Origin: a virus
Lineage: Duplodnaviria; Heunggongvirae; Uroviricota; Caudoviricetes
IMG/VR virus record: IMGVR_UViG_2718218136_000001
DNA length: 64,000 nucleotides
Strand: one strand, 5' to 3'
In this document: piece by piece, positions 55,804 to 64,000 of the stretch
Layout: every line of letters begins with the position of its first letter
Position numbering within the stretch: position 1 is the first letter of the stretch
Notes under the pieces: model-generated
The model's database searches: none
What the model was told of the DNA's origin: nothing
Seen by the model: only the letters and a program-made list of their open reading frames with translations
Made by a program: the position numbers and the translations under genes

Positions 55804-56445
55804 ATGGATAAGAAAATATGCGTTGTTTCAATGAGCGTCGGCAAACCGGCGTCAATGACTGCTGCATGGATCAACAATGAGCTGATCATGGCTGAGCGGA
55901 CCAGCTACCCTGAACGCCGCCGCGATATGGAACTCCAGCTGCTGCGCGAATTGCGAGAAAAAGAGGAAAAGGGTTTTATCGTGCTGGTGGAAGAGGAAAA
56001 CAGCTTTATTACCGGTCGAGTTGGCCAGCGTGTAAGGTTGCGTGATCCCTTCATGAACGGCAGACCGGTACTGATTGAAGCAATGCAGATTTACAAGGAA
56101 TTGGAACGCCAGAAAGCGATCAAGTTACCGCGCAAGGAATCCGGCAAATACATCCTTCACCAAAGCATCTTCGATTCCGAACACGATAAAAAAGGCGATG
56201 AATTTTTCAACATCAACTGGAGCGAAATAACGACAGAACATGTTCTGACGTTACTATGTTGCTTTGCGACGGAATACAACAACGTTGCCAGCGCCGACTA
56301 CATCAGGGCAATGGCTGGAGAAGTTGAGGCCCGCCAGGAGCCATCGTTACTAAGCCCTCTGATTAACAGAATTCGCGGAACCCAAACGCTGGCACAAAAA
56401 CGGGTGCCGAAAGGGGAATTAACAGGAAAAGGAAATTATCTATAA
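55804..56445 (+). CDS. hypothetical protein (mat position)
   Basis: About 213 aa from MDKKICVV; phage-typical GC content; sits between ref and the low-GC island. Confidence 0.45.
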   Translation: MDKKICVVSMSVGKPASMTAAWINNELIMAERTSYPERRRDMELQLLRELREKEEKGFIVLVEEENSFITGRVGQRVRLRDPFMNGRPVLIEAMQIYKELERQKAIKLPRKESGKYILHQSIFDSEHDKKGDEFFNINWSEITTEHVLTLLCCFATEYNNVASADYIRAMAGEVEARQEPSLLSPLINRIRGTQTLAQKRVPKGELTGKGNYL

Positions 56446-56501
56446 ACGTCAATGCATTAGGGTATACTTCTCCATAGAACTATAAGTAAATGGAGTAAGT
56501 A

Positions 56502-57602
56502 ATGAGCGAATATGTTGAGTTAGCATACGCTGCCGCTACAAGCAGGCTTTGTCTATTTACCGGGACTGGCTTTTCAAAGGCAGTCTCGAACGGCGAAGCA
56601 CCAACGTGGAAAGAACTATTAAAAAAAGTTTGCAGCAAAGTTCACAACGCCAAACAGTTGGAAGACACGTTATTCCCTGATGATAAACCACCAGCACTGA
56701 GTCTTGAAGAAGCCGCACAAATACTATCTTTGAAGCTCAACATTGAAGGCAAGTCGATTTATGATGAAATTGTTGACATCATATCTCCAATACAACTTGG
56801 CGAAGATATATCAAATATAAAGGATTTTTTTCAAAAAAGAACATTTCGTGTCATTACAACGAATTATGACAAGTTAGCTGAATACTTAACTGGAGATGAG
56901 GAGGTTCAGTCTATTACCCCAGGCTTACCTATTCCTAAATATCCCTCCAAAGTTAAAATATATCATGTCCATGGTTCTATTGACTCTCCACAAAACATGA
57001 TTGTTACATCAGAAGACTATTTTAGGTTTATAAACTCCGACACTTATTTCTCTCGAAAACTTAGCACGATGCTGCATGAAAATACAGTTGCGATATTAGG
57101 CTATTCTTTAAGCGACACGAACCTAAAAGCAATTATAAATGATTACAAAATATTCTCGAAAGGTAACACTCTGTGCTCTAATATATTTTTCATCTCTCGC
57201 AGTGAAGTAAGTCAAGATATGAAGGATTATTATTTTTATTGTTTTGGAATACGAGTAATTGACAACACCGAAATAGACTCTTTCTTTAAGAGATTGAGCA
57301 TTAACATAATGTTAATTGAAGGCGTCATAGCAAGAGCCAGACAAAGTATAAAAAGAGTTTTATCAGGCACTTTTAACTATAAGGATGAATACATTAGATT
57401 AGAAGATTCATTCTATCAAATAACTTCCTCGATTATATCTGAGGGTTTCGACTGGAATGACGGACAAGTAGTTGATTTTTTTCAAGAGAATAATAAAACA
57501 AAAAAGAGACTTAACAAGAGAGAGTGGTGCTTGGGAGCAATACGAGCAGCTTGCAAAATGGCTTATATATTTCGGCAGCCTTTTAGAAATTGGTGGAACT
57601 AA
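56502..57602 (+). CDS. SIR2-like (SIR2_2-type) NAD-binding protein, candidate anti-phage defence effector
   Basis: 366 aa with LFTGTGFS (Rossmann GxGxS), VITTNYD and YHVHGS motifs in the order seen in defence-associated SIR2 domains; strongly AT-rich relative to its flanks. Confidence 0.65.
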   Translation: MSEYVELAYAAATSRLCLFTGTGFSKAVSNGEAPTWKELLKKVCSKVHNAKQLEDTLFPDDKPPALSLEEAAQILSLKLNIEGKSIYDEIVDIISPIQLGEDISNIKDFFQKRTFRVITTNYDKLAEYLTGDEEVQSITPGLPIPKYPSKVKIYHVHGSIDSPQNMIVTSEDYFRFINSDTYFSRKLSTMLHENTVAILGYSLSDTNLKAIINDYKIFSKGNTLCSNIFFISRSEVSQDMKDYYFYCFGIRVIDNTEIDSFFKRLSINIMLIEGVIARARQSIKRVLSGTFNYKDEYIRLEDSFYQITSSIISEGFDWNDGQVVDFFQENNKTKKRLNKREWCLGAIRAACKMAYIFRQPFRNWWN

Positions 57603-57860
57603 GTATGAAAATGAATATTTAGACGCCGTTGAATACTCAATGTCCAACATGAGCAAAGAAATGAGATTAGGTTATTCGTGGCATGCTTATAGAGCTTGGG
57701 AAACAAGATGGTCCACAATCATTGCTTCAAATCGATTAATAATAAAAAACGCATCGAAGAAATTGGCGTACTGGAGGATGCTAATTCTATAGTAAAAGAT
57801 ATAGTGTAATTGAAGAGCGGCAAAAATTTAACGGGCAGCTACAACTGCCCGATATATAAA

Positions 57861-58109
57861 TCAATCCGCATTCAGGAGCAATGCGTTATCTATGATGATC
57901 TGCTCCCATTCTTCGAATGCCCGGTCGCGGACGCCCTGGGGAACGCTGTTAGTTTTGAAATCGACGACCGTACGCCATTTCCCGTCCGGACGGTACATGC
58001 GCAGAGCTTTACTTCCCCCTTCCCTGCGCACCTCAACGTTATGCTTATCAGCAAACTCTTGTAATGCTCGTAGCGTCCCATGCTTTACTGTGTAGTATCG
58101 CTTTTTCAA
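57861..58109 (-). CDS. small regulatory protein (lxc/bof position)
   Basis: 82-aa ORF directly downstream of the ulx-like ORF on the darB strand; assignment by position and size. Confidence 0.4.
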   Translation of the reverse strand: MKKRYYTVKHGTLRALQEFADKHNVEVRREGGSKALRMYRPDGKWRTVVDFKTNSVPQGVRDRAFEEWEQIIIDNALLLNAD

Positions 58110-58546
58110 GTTTTCTCTCCAGCCTGTGCCAAGGCTTCAACTTCCAAATCGTAAGACTCAAACTCATAGTCCTGGTCGTCAACTTCTTCAGGCACTGGCA
58201 GTAAATGCCAGGCTGAGTATATCTGACCATTATCAAAACGCTCCTGGCTGTAGAGCGTCGCGGCTATGAGTGTTAGCGCCGGGCGGTCATAACGGTAAAT
58301 TTTGCGAACGTCACGGTCAACGAGACGACCGAAATTACCATAACCGCGCTCCAGTAATAATTTTTTAATTTCCGGCCAGTATGGACCATAGCTGCGGTAC
58401 AGGCGGGGATTTTTCAGTAATCGCCCGCGTAGCCCTGACAGGAAGAAATCAACGTATTCGTCTTCTGTCTTTCCTAACAACGCTGTACGGAGTACCGCCT
58501 CAAGATATGTTTTATTCGGTTTTATTGTATCAGATAGTGTGGCCAT
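58106..58546 (-). CDS. hypothetical protein (ulx position)
   Basis: 146-aa ORF between the darB-like gene and the lxc-like ORF, overlapping stop/start. Confidence 0.4.
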   Translation of the reverse strand: MATLSDTIKPNKTYLEAVLRTALLGKTEDEYVDFFLSGLRGRLLKNPRLYRSYGPYWPEIKKLLLERGYGNFGRLVDRDVRKIYRYDRPALTLIAATLYSQERFDNGQIYSAWHLLPVPEEVDDQDYEFESYDLEVEALAQAGEKT

Positions 58547-58579
58547 ATTATGCGACGCCCGGCGAACCGGGCGCTCCTG

Positions 58580-61500
58580 TTATGCGTATTGTTGGATGAC
58601 GGCCAGAACGTCCGCCACGTTGTGTTTTGTCTCGATAATCCACCAGTTACCCGGGAAATCGCTGTTCTTCGCCTTCGCTGGCAGCCAGCGAGCGCCGAAT
58701 TTCGCCTTGATTGCGTCTTTCGCACGGAAAAGAACGCCTTTCATGCCTGAGGCTTCCTGAAGCCCAAATACCTCGCCAGCGGCGAATTTTGGTGCGTACA
58801 TCATCTTCAGGTCGGCGGTGGATACGCGATAATTCAGACCAAGAGACTGAGCTATGCTGGTGGCATCACCCTGTATTGATGATAACTCTTCTTGTTTCTC
58901 GTTTCTGGCGGCAATTTCTTCCTCCGTGATGTTGCCAAGGGCCAGGTTTATCCGATCAGCGTCGGCCTGTTTCTCTTCATCGGTGCGCCCGGCAAGAACC
59001 GTGTTAATTCTCTGCAATATCTCCACATGATTCTTGCGCATGCTGAGCAATTCCGGCGTAACCTCGTTAAGATCCACCAGCCCAAGGATGGCAAGGTCGG
59101 AAAACATTGATACCAGGTTGTAGGTCATGCGATAGCTGAGTTGGCCATAGGCTGATGGCAACTGCACCGCATCCATTTGATAGGCATCCATAAATTTAGA
59201 GCCGTCGTTTACGACATCCGCAATTGCAGGTGTGATTTTCCCTGTGGTGGCGGCCTCCCTGATTGCTGTTACCCATGATTGAGTCAGTGCGGCGACTGCA
59301 TGATTCAGATTGGCTTCCCGTTCTGCTGCGATGCGCGCGCTTGCTGAGTCCATTGCCTGCTTGATCTCGGCTTTATTGCTGTAAATGCCAATGGTGCCAA
59401 ACTGTGCTGTGGTGATCTCATAATCTGACGCCCGGAACTCATGGGTACCGAAAATGGCATTGGTGACCTCAAGTTCAGAATCCCCGTTACGAGTAGCCCC
59501 CTGGCTTGTTTTCTCCGGCATTTTTGCGATCGCATCCGCTATTTTCTCCTGAATTACTTCAGGGGATAGCGTATCTCCGTATGACGCGATTACATCGCCA
59601 TAATTGGAGCCAAACAATTCAACCAGGAATGTTTCTGCCGAACGGATCTGGCGGTTATTCCCTTCCGACATCATACCAAGCACCCATTTTGCAATTGACG
59701 ACTTCAGCGCGCCGTCACGGCGATCCGGGTAAACCGCATGCTTCAGTGGGGCCGTATAGGAACCAACAAAATCAATGCTATAGCCTGACTCTGTAGTCTG
59801 AACGCCGTATGAGTCAGTGATTTTGATCATGCCGCGCTGCTGGAAACGGTAGAAATCGTCACAGGAAATGATGTCGTTAATCCCGGCGATGGAGACGCCA
59901 CCACTGATTTTCTGCATAACAGCATCTTCATCGGGAGTTACATCAACCTGTTTATCCAGCGTCTTCACATCCCAGTTACCCGATTTGGTGCCTTTGAAGG
60001 TAAAGATGATCTCCACGTCTGCGCGCTGGCTGTCGAAGTCCAGCGACTTAATGCGAACGATATCACCGGCACAATCATAGTATTGGCCTACACGCCATGA
60101 GCGATCGCCGATAACAAGGAACTCATTCGCATGGTTAACCAGATCAGGATCAACATCCAGAATGCCTTTATTTATTGCATCCTCCACCAGCGGGCGCAGG
60201 CGTTTGATATCCGTCGCGGCCTTCTGAGTACGGTTCAATAATTTCTCATAGCGGGAGATGGCCTGAGAGATATTAGCCTTGCGCTGAATGGCGCTTTTCA
60301 ACGACGCGCGATACTGTGCTAACAACATACGGTCTGTGTGATGGACGCTACCCCAGCGGGCTTTCCAGTCTGCGTTATCAGCTGCTTTGGCCATTACCGC
60401 CTGTTTGAATTTGGCGACGTCGGCGGTGGTCTTTTCAAGTTCCGCTTTGCTTCGCTCCAATTCAGCGGTAAGTACCTCCACATCCTCACCAGCTGCGTGC
60501 TGCGCCTTGATGTAGTTCTGAAGGTCGATAGTAGCCTGTTCTTTCTGGCGAGCGCGTTTCGCAGCTTTCGCCTTATCCATTTGAACCTGCATCATTACCA
60601 GACGTTCGCCGTCATCCTTCGCGGTATACATCTGCATTTCGATCATGTCATTGGCGTCGGCGTTCTCCATTTCTGACTTATCTGAACGGAGGATATCGGA
60701 GATCCAGCCTGCTTTACGCTTCAGCGTCTTCAGTCGGTATTCATCGAAAGACCCCTTGCCGCAGTAGTAGTGAACGCGAACGCTTGCACGGTTGGAGCCA
60801 ACTCGTGCACCGCGACCGTTACGTTGTGCGATACTGGCTGGTGTCCACGGCAACGTCAGGTGGTGGATATCCGTCGTTCCTCGATGCAGGTTGATACCCA
60901 CCTCTGCCTTTTTGTTGCAGATGATGATCGGAGTCCGGCCCTCCTGGAAGTCGGCTGCAATCTTTTCCAGACCGCCCAACGACATTTCATTTTGCTGCGC
61001 GATATAGGCGTCATACAGAGCCATTTGCTCGTTGTATTTCGCTATCTGTGCATCTGTTGGTTCATCCGGTAGCTCTTTCGGCGGTTTAACCGCTTTCAGT
61101 TTCTTACCGGTTTTACCTGCCTCGGCAACCGTCTGAGCATTCAGGATCCCCACCTTTGAAGGTTCAAGGTTTAGAGCATTGCAGATAATGCGCTTGAGCT
61201 TCTGGTGCTGCGTTTTTTCATCGGTGAAGATGATTTGCTTACCTTCCGGGAAAAACTCCTTCAGCGTCGCGATCAGCTTCGCGTATTTCGGCGTAACGGG
61301 GTGAGTTACGGTCAGTTCGTCAATGCCAAACCTGGCCAGGCGCTTATTCACTTCCTGCTCGAACGCTTCCGGAACCTGCAACTGAATAAACTCGCCCTTA
61401 TCTATCAGGGAGTATTGCGATTGCTGCGTGATTGAATCATCACTGTCGTCGTCTTCGCTGGTGGCTTGTTTAGGCAAACTGTCCGCAAGCTGCTGCACCG

Positions 61501-64000
61501 CATCGGCGTACTCCGGCAGGAAACGATAGGTGATCCGGCGATAGTACAGGTCCATGTCAGTACATACGCGGTCCATATCCCTGATTATTGAGAAGATCGG
61601 ACGGGCTTTCTCGTGCTCAATCACGCCGTCTTCATTGACCGAGGTCGTTACGCCATTGTTGGCTTTGGCCGCCGCTTCCGCCTGCTGACGCAATTCTTCA
61701 TACGCCGCCAGTTGTTCTTCAGTAAGTGGTGCATCCTGCTGGTGTTCGTCCAGCTCCGGGATCTCCACGGTATCCTTAACGTCTTCCGCCGTTTTAAGCG
61801 TTACCCAGCGATGGAATATACCGCGCAGCGCATCAAGGTTTTCAAAGCCCACCAGCGCCATTTTTTCTTCAACTTCACCGCTAATTTTCTGTACCGTTTC
61901 CAGCCTGGTCTTGCCGAAGAATTTAACGAAGTCATCAGGACCGTAGATCCCCATGTTCTGCCAGTATTCCTTCGGCAGAACATGAGAAAGCATGTTGTAT
62001 GCATCGATCGGGGTGTTAACGACTGGCGTTGCAGTCAGGAGAACCGGCCCGCGCCCGCCATTCTTTTTCATCAGGTACGCGTTTTTAATTGCCATATCTC
62101 GCGCCGATTGCGCCACCGCGCTGGTGGGCAGATAGGCCAGTTGTGACGCTTCGCGACCATTTTTATAGCTATTGCGGTAGTTGTGACCTTCGTCAGCGAT
62201 CACACTATCGAAGCCCATATCCTCAAAGTACGGATACTTCTCTGCTTTTTCGGTGCCGGTATCTGAATACTCCGACAATACCCGGCGACGCGCGGCCTCT
62301 TTGCGGTGGGAGTCGGAGTCCATTGCGCTGGCTACGCGTCCGGCGGCAACGAAGTCATAAAGCATATCCTGTGCATGCTCATCTACGGTGTCATCACGTA
62401 GCGGAATGCGGGCGTATTGTTCTTTGGTAAACACGACTGCACGGTAATTTGAGTGCGGGATCGCGTTCATCCGCGCCGTGATAGTGGCTTCATCTGCCAG
62501 CTTAAGAGCATCGCGCATAACTGGAGTGCCATCAGTACCAAGAACAGGTTTACCGTTCTCATCGAGCACCGGCACCTGGCGAATCTGATCACCATCCATC
62601 AGCACATCAAGACCGACGAACAGGTAGTTACTGAATGCCTCTTCACTCAGGAATTCTTTTGCTTCGTAATACCAGTTTTCCAGCACTGATTTAGGCACTA
62701 CATACGCAGTACGGGTGGAGCGACCGTTCTCATAGTTGAACGCCTCAAGCGCCAGCGCGGTCGTGGTTTTACCCAGCCCGGTGCCGAAGCCCAGGATGCC
62801 GCGCCCATCTTCGGACAGTCGGCGCACCTCGCTATTCTGGTAATCAAATGGCTGGCGCTTACCGCTTAATCCCTTCAACCCAAGCGGATCGCCAGAGTGT
62901 TCATACGGGATATTGCTATTGAACACATCGTTGTATTTGGCAACCAGCTCATCGTAGCGATCGTGCGTCTTGATCCACTTATTGAACTGGTCCTCAAGCA
63001 GTGCCATCTGCTCGCGGTAGCCGTTCGCCGTCGCGCTATCTTTGCCACCGATACGCGCACCATTGAGATACTTTTCCAGCTGTGCCGGGAACCCGGTCGC
63101 GTTTTCACCTGATTTACGGTCCCACTCGTAGCGGATCTCGCCTGTTTCTTTATCCTTGCGCTGGACGACACCGTATCGGTGCCCGACGAACAGACCATCA
63201 CCACCGTGATAGGTGTCAGAAACCATTTCGTCGCCTTCCAGCTGCACTGACTGCACATAGCGCAGATCCGGATAGCCGTTTTCCTGCAAAAACTCCAGAA
63301 TGACGGAACGGTCGAACCAACGGCTATTGAGCTTAAACCGGATATTCTCTGCTGGCGTCTTGATGCGCTTCTCTTCGATCGCTGCCAGCTGATTAAGGAC
63401 GTTGTTCTTTACTGGACCGTCGGGGAGCGTGGCGAGGAATTCCTGTTTTGGAGCCACTATCTCGTTAATGTCGCCGCTGGTGGCGCGGGCGAACGGAACA
63501 ATCCCGCCATACGGTGAAACCGCAATACCAGGAGTGCTGGCCAATAAATTAAGCAACTCTTCATCACTGGCTGGCAATTCGCCGGTAAACGCAAGGCGGA
63601 AATCATCGAGCTGGATTGGATCGCGGGTAAGATCGCTATAGAGATAACGCAGGGTGTCCTGATAGCTGGTGGAGTCATAACTGGCGCTGGAATCATGCGT
63701 AACCAGCTTTCCTGTCAGCTCGTCAGAAATAGTGCCATCCAGCTTAATTGCACCACGGAAAGCAAACCAGGCGCGCGCACCGCTTCCCGATAATTTAGCT
63801 ATCGGACCGCGACCAGGGTTACCAAAACGGTCAATCTCTGCCTGCAAACGGGATACCAGAGAAAGGCGCTGCTGTTCGATTTGTTCAGCACTATGCCCGG
63901 CGGCCTTCATATCCTGATATTCAATTAACATCCGGCCAATCATCGCCCCACGATACAAGCGTTCACGGTATTTTTCAGGCTGGCTGTTAATCCAGTCCAC
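58580..64000 (-). CDS. darB: DarB-like giant helicase/antirestriction protein, C-terminal 1806 codons (gene runs off the window)
   Basis: SF2 helicase motifs GFGTGLGKTTTALALEAF, VIADEGHNYRNS, QRNGRGARVGS; no start codon inside the window. Confidence 0.7.
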   Translation of the reverse strand: MDWINSQPEKYRERLYRGAMIGRMLIEYQDMKAAGHSAEQIEQQRLSLVSRLQAEIDRFGNPGRGPIAKLSGSGARAWFAFRGAIKLDGTISDELTGKLVTHDSSASYDSTSYQDTLRYLYSDLTRDPIQLDDFRLAFTGELPASDEELLNLLASTPGIAVSPYGGIVPFARATSGDINEIVAPKQEFLATLPDGPVKNNVLNQLAAIEEKRIKTPAENIRFKLNSRWFDRSVILEFLQENGYPDLRYVQSVQLEGDEMVSDTYHGGDGLFVGHRYGVVQRKDKETGEIRYEWDRKSGENATGFPAQLEKYLNGARIGGKDSATANGYREQMALLEDQFNKWIKTHDRYDELVAKYNDVFNSNIPYEHSGDPLGLKGLSGKRQPFDYQNSEVRRLSEDGRGILGFGTGLGKTTTALALEAFNYENGRSTRTAYVVPKSVLENWYYEAKEFLSEEAFSNYLFVGLDVLMDGDQIRQVPVLDENGKPVLGTDGTPVMRDALKLADEATITARMNAIPHSNYRAVVFTKEQYARIPLRDDTVDEHAQDMLYDFVAAGRVASAMDSDSHRKEAARRRVLSEYSDTGTEKAEKYPYFEDMGFDSVIADEGHNYRNSYKNGREASQLAYLPTSAVAQSARDMAIKNAYLMKKNGGRGPVLLTATPVVNTPIDAYNMLSHVLPKEYWQNMGIYGPDDFVKFFGKTRLETVQKISGEVEEKMALVGFENLDALRGIFHRWVTLKTAEDVKDTVEIPELDEHQQDAPLTEEQLAAYEELRQQAEAAAKANNGVTTSVNEDGVIEHEKARPIFSIIRDMDRVCTDMDLYYRRITYRFLPEYADAVQQLADSLPKQATSEDDDSDDSITQQSQYSLIDKGEFIQLQVPEAFEQEVNKRLARFGIDELTVTHPVTPKYAKLIATLKEFFPEGKQIIFTDEKTQHQKLKRIICNALNLEPSKVGILNAQTVAEAGKTGKKLKAVKPPKELPDEPTDAQIAKYNEQMALYDAYIAQQNEMSLGGLEKIAADFQEGRTPIIICNKKAEVGINLHRGTTDIHHLTLPWTPASIAQRNGRGARVGSNRASVRVHYYCGKGSFDEYRLKTLKRKAGWISDILRSDKSEMENADANDMIEMQMYTAKDDGERLVMMQVQMDKAKAAKRARQKEQATIDLQNYIKAQHAAGEDVEVLTAELERSKAELEKTTADVAKFKQAVMAKAADNADWKARWGSVHHTDRMLLAQYRASLKSAIQRKANISQAISRYEKLLNRTQKAATDIKRLRPLVEDAINKGILDVDPDLVNHANEFLVIGDRSWRVGQYYDCAGDIVRIKSLDFDSQRADVEIIFTFKGTKSGNWDVKTLDKQVDVTPDEDAVMQKISGGVSIAGINDIISCDDFYRFQQRGMIKITDSYGVQTTESGYSIDFVGSYTAPLKHAVYPDRRDGALKSSIAKWVLGMMSEGNNRQIRSAETFLVELFGSNYGDVIASYGDTLSPEVIQEKIADAIAKMPEKTSQGATRNGDSELEVTNAIFGTHEFRASDYEITTAQFGTIGIYSNKAEIKQAMDSASARIAAEREANLNHAVAALTQSWVTAIREAATTGKITPAIADVVNDGSKFMDAYQMDAVQLPSAYGQLSYRMTYNLVSMFSDLAILGLVDLNEVTPELLSMRKNHVEILQRINTVLAGRTDEEKQADADRINLALGNITEEEIAARNEKQEELSSIQGDATSIAQSLGLNYRVSTADLKMMYAPKFAAGEVFGLQEASGMKGVLFRAKDAIKAKFGARWLPAKAKNSDFPGNWWIIETKHNVADVLAVIQQYA

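Noticed and set aside
57810-58064. 84-aa plus-strand ORF overlapping the lxc-like gene
   Set aside because: It is fully antisense to the minus-strand 82-aa ORF that fits the darB-ulx-lxc arrangement; kept the minus-strand gene
58892-63696. Numerous 60-180-aa ORFs on the plus strand inside the darB-like gene
   Set aside because: All lie antisense within a single long helicase ORF that has coherent SF2 motifs; they are a by-product of the long minus-strand reading frame

Overview
This window reads as a P1-like temperate phage-plasmid (Cre/loxP, RepA/ParAB replicon, C1 operators, pacAB with a hexamer pac site), with several regions that appear to be accessory cargo. Gene identities rest on motif reading and on remembered lengths and gene order of phage P1; no database search was run. 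Layout, left to right: lipoprotein and secreted-protein genes, then an immI module (c4-like RNA, icd, ant), kilA-repL, a hok/mok-like toxin, and a minus-strand virion gene block. Next come the plasmid replicon (parS, parB, parA, incA iterons, repA, oriR iterons), small membrane proteins, hrdC and dmt. These are followed by tRNA-Asn, tRNA-Thr, a TerB-like tci cluster, a CAT-anticodon tRNA, ban helicase, a baseplate-like minus-strand cluster, and a C1-operator-punctuated enzyme cluster. The right half holds a complete EcoR124-like type IC restriction-modification system, phd-doc, lpa-like, pacA-pacB, a second icd/ant-like module, c1-coi, loxP-cre, ref, a low-GC SIR2-like gene, lxc/ulx-like genes and the 3' part of a darB-like giant helicase. 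The most notable observations are: (1) an AT-rich single-gene SIR2-like candidate defence island where P1 carries its type III res-mod genes; (2) a 341-aa LAGLIDADG intein inserted at the catalytic Cys of the Dmt C5-methyltransferase motif; (3) an hsdS with two identical target-recognition domains plus a TAEL repeat tract; (4) a paralogous icd/ant module between pacB and c1; (5) an in-frame TGA truncating ref before its catalytic His; (6) a loxP site with a divergent right arm.
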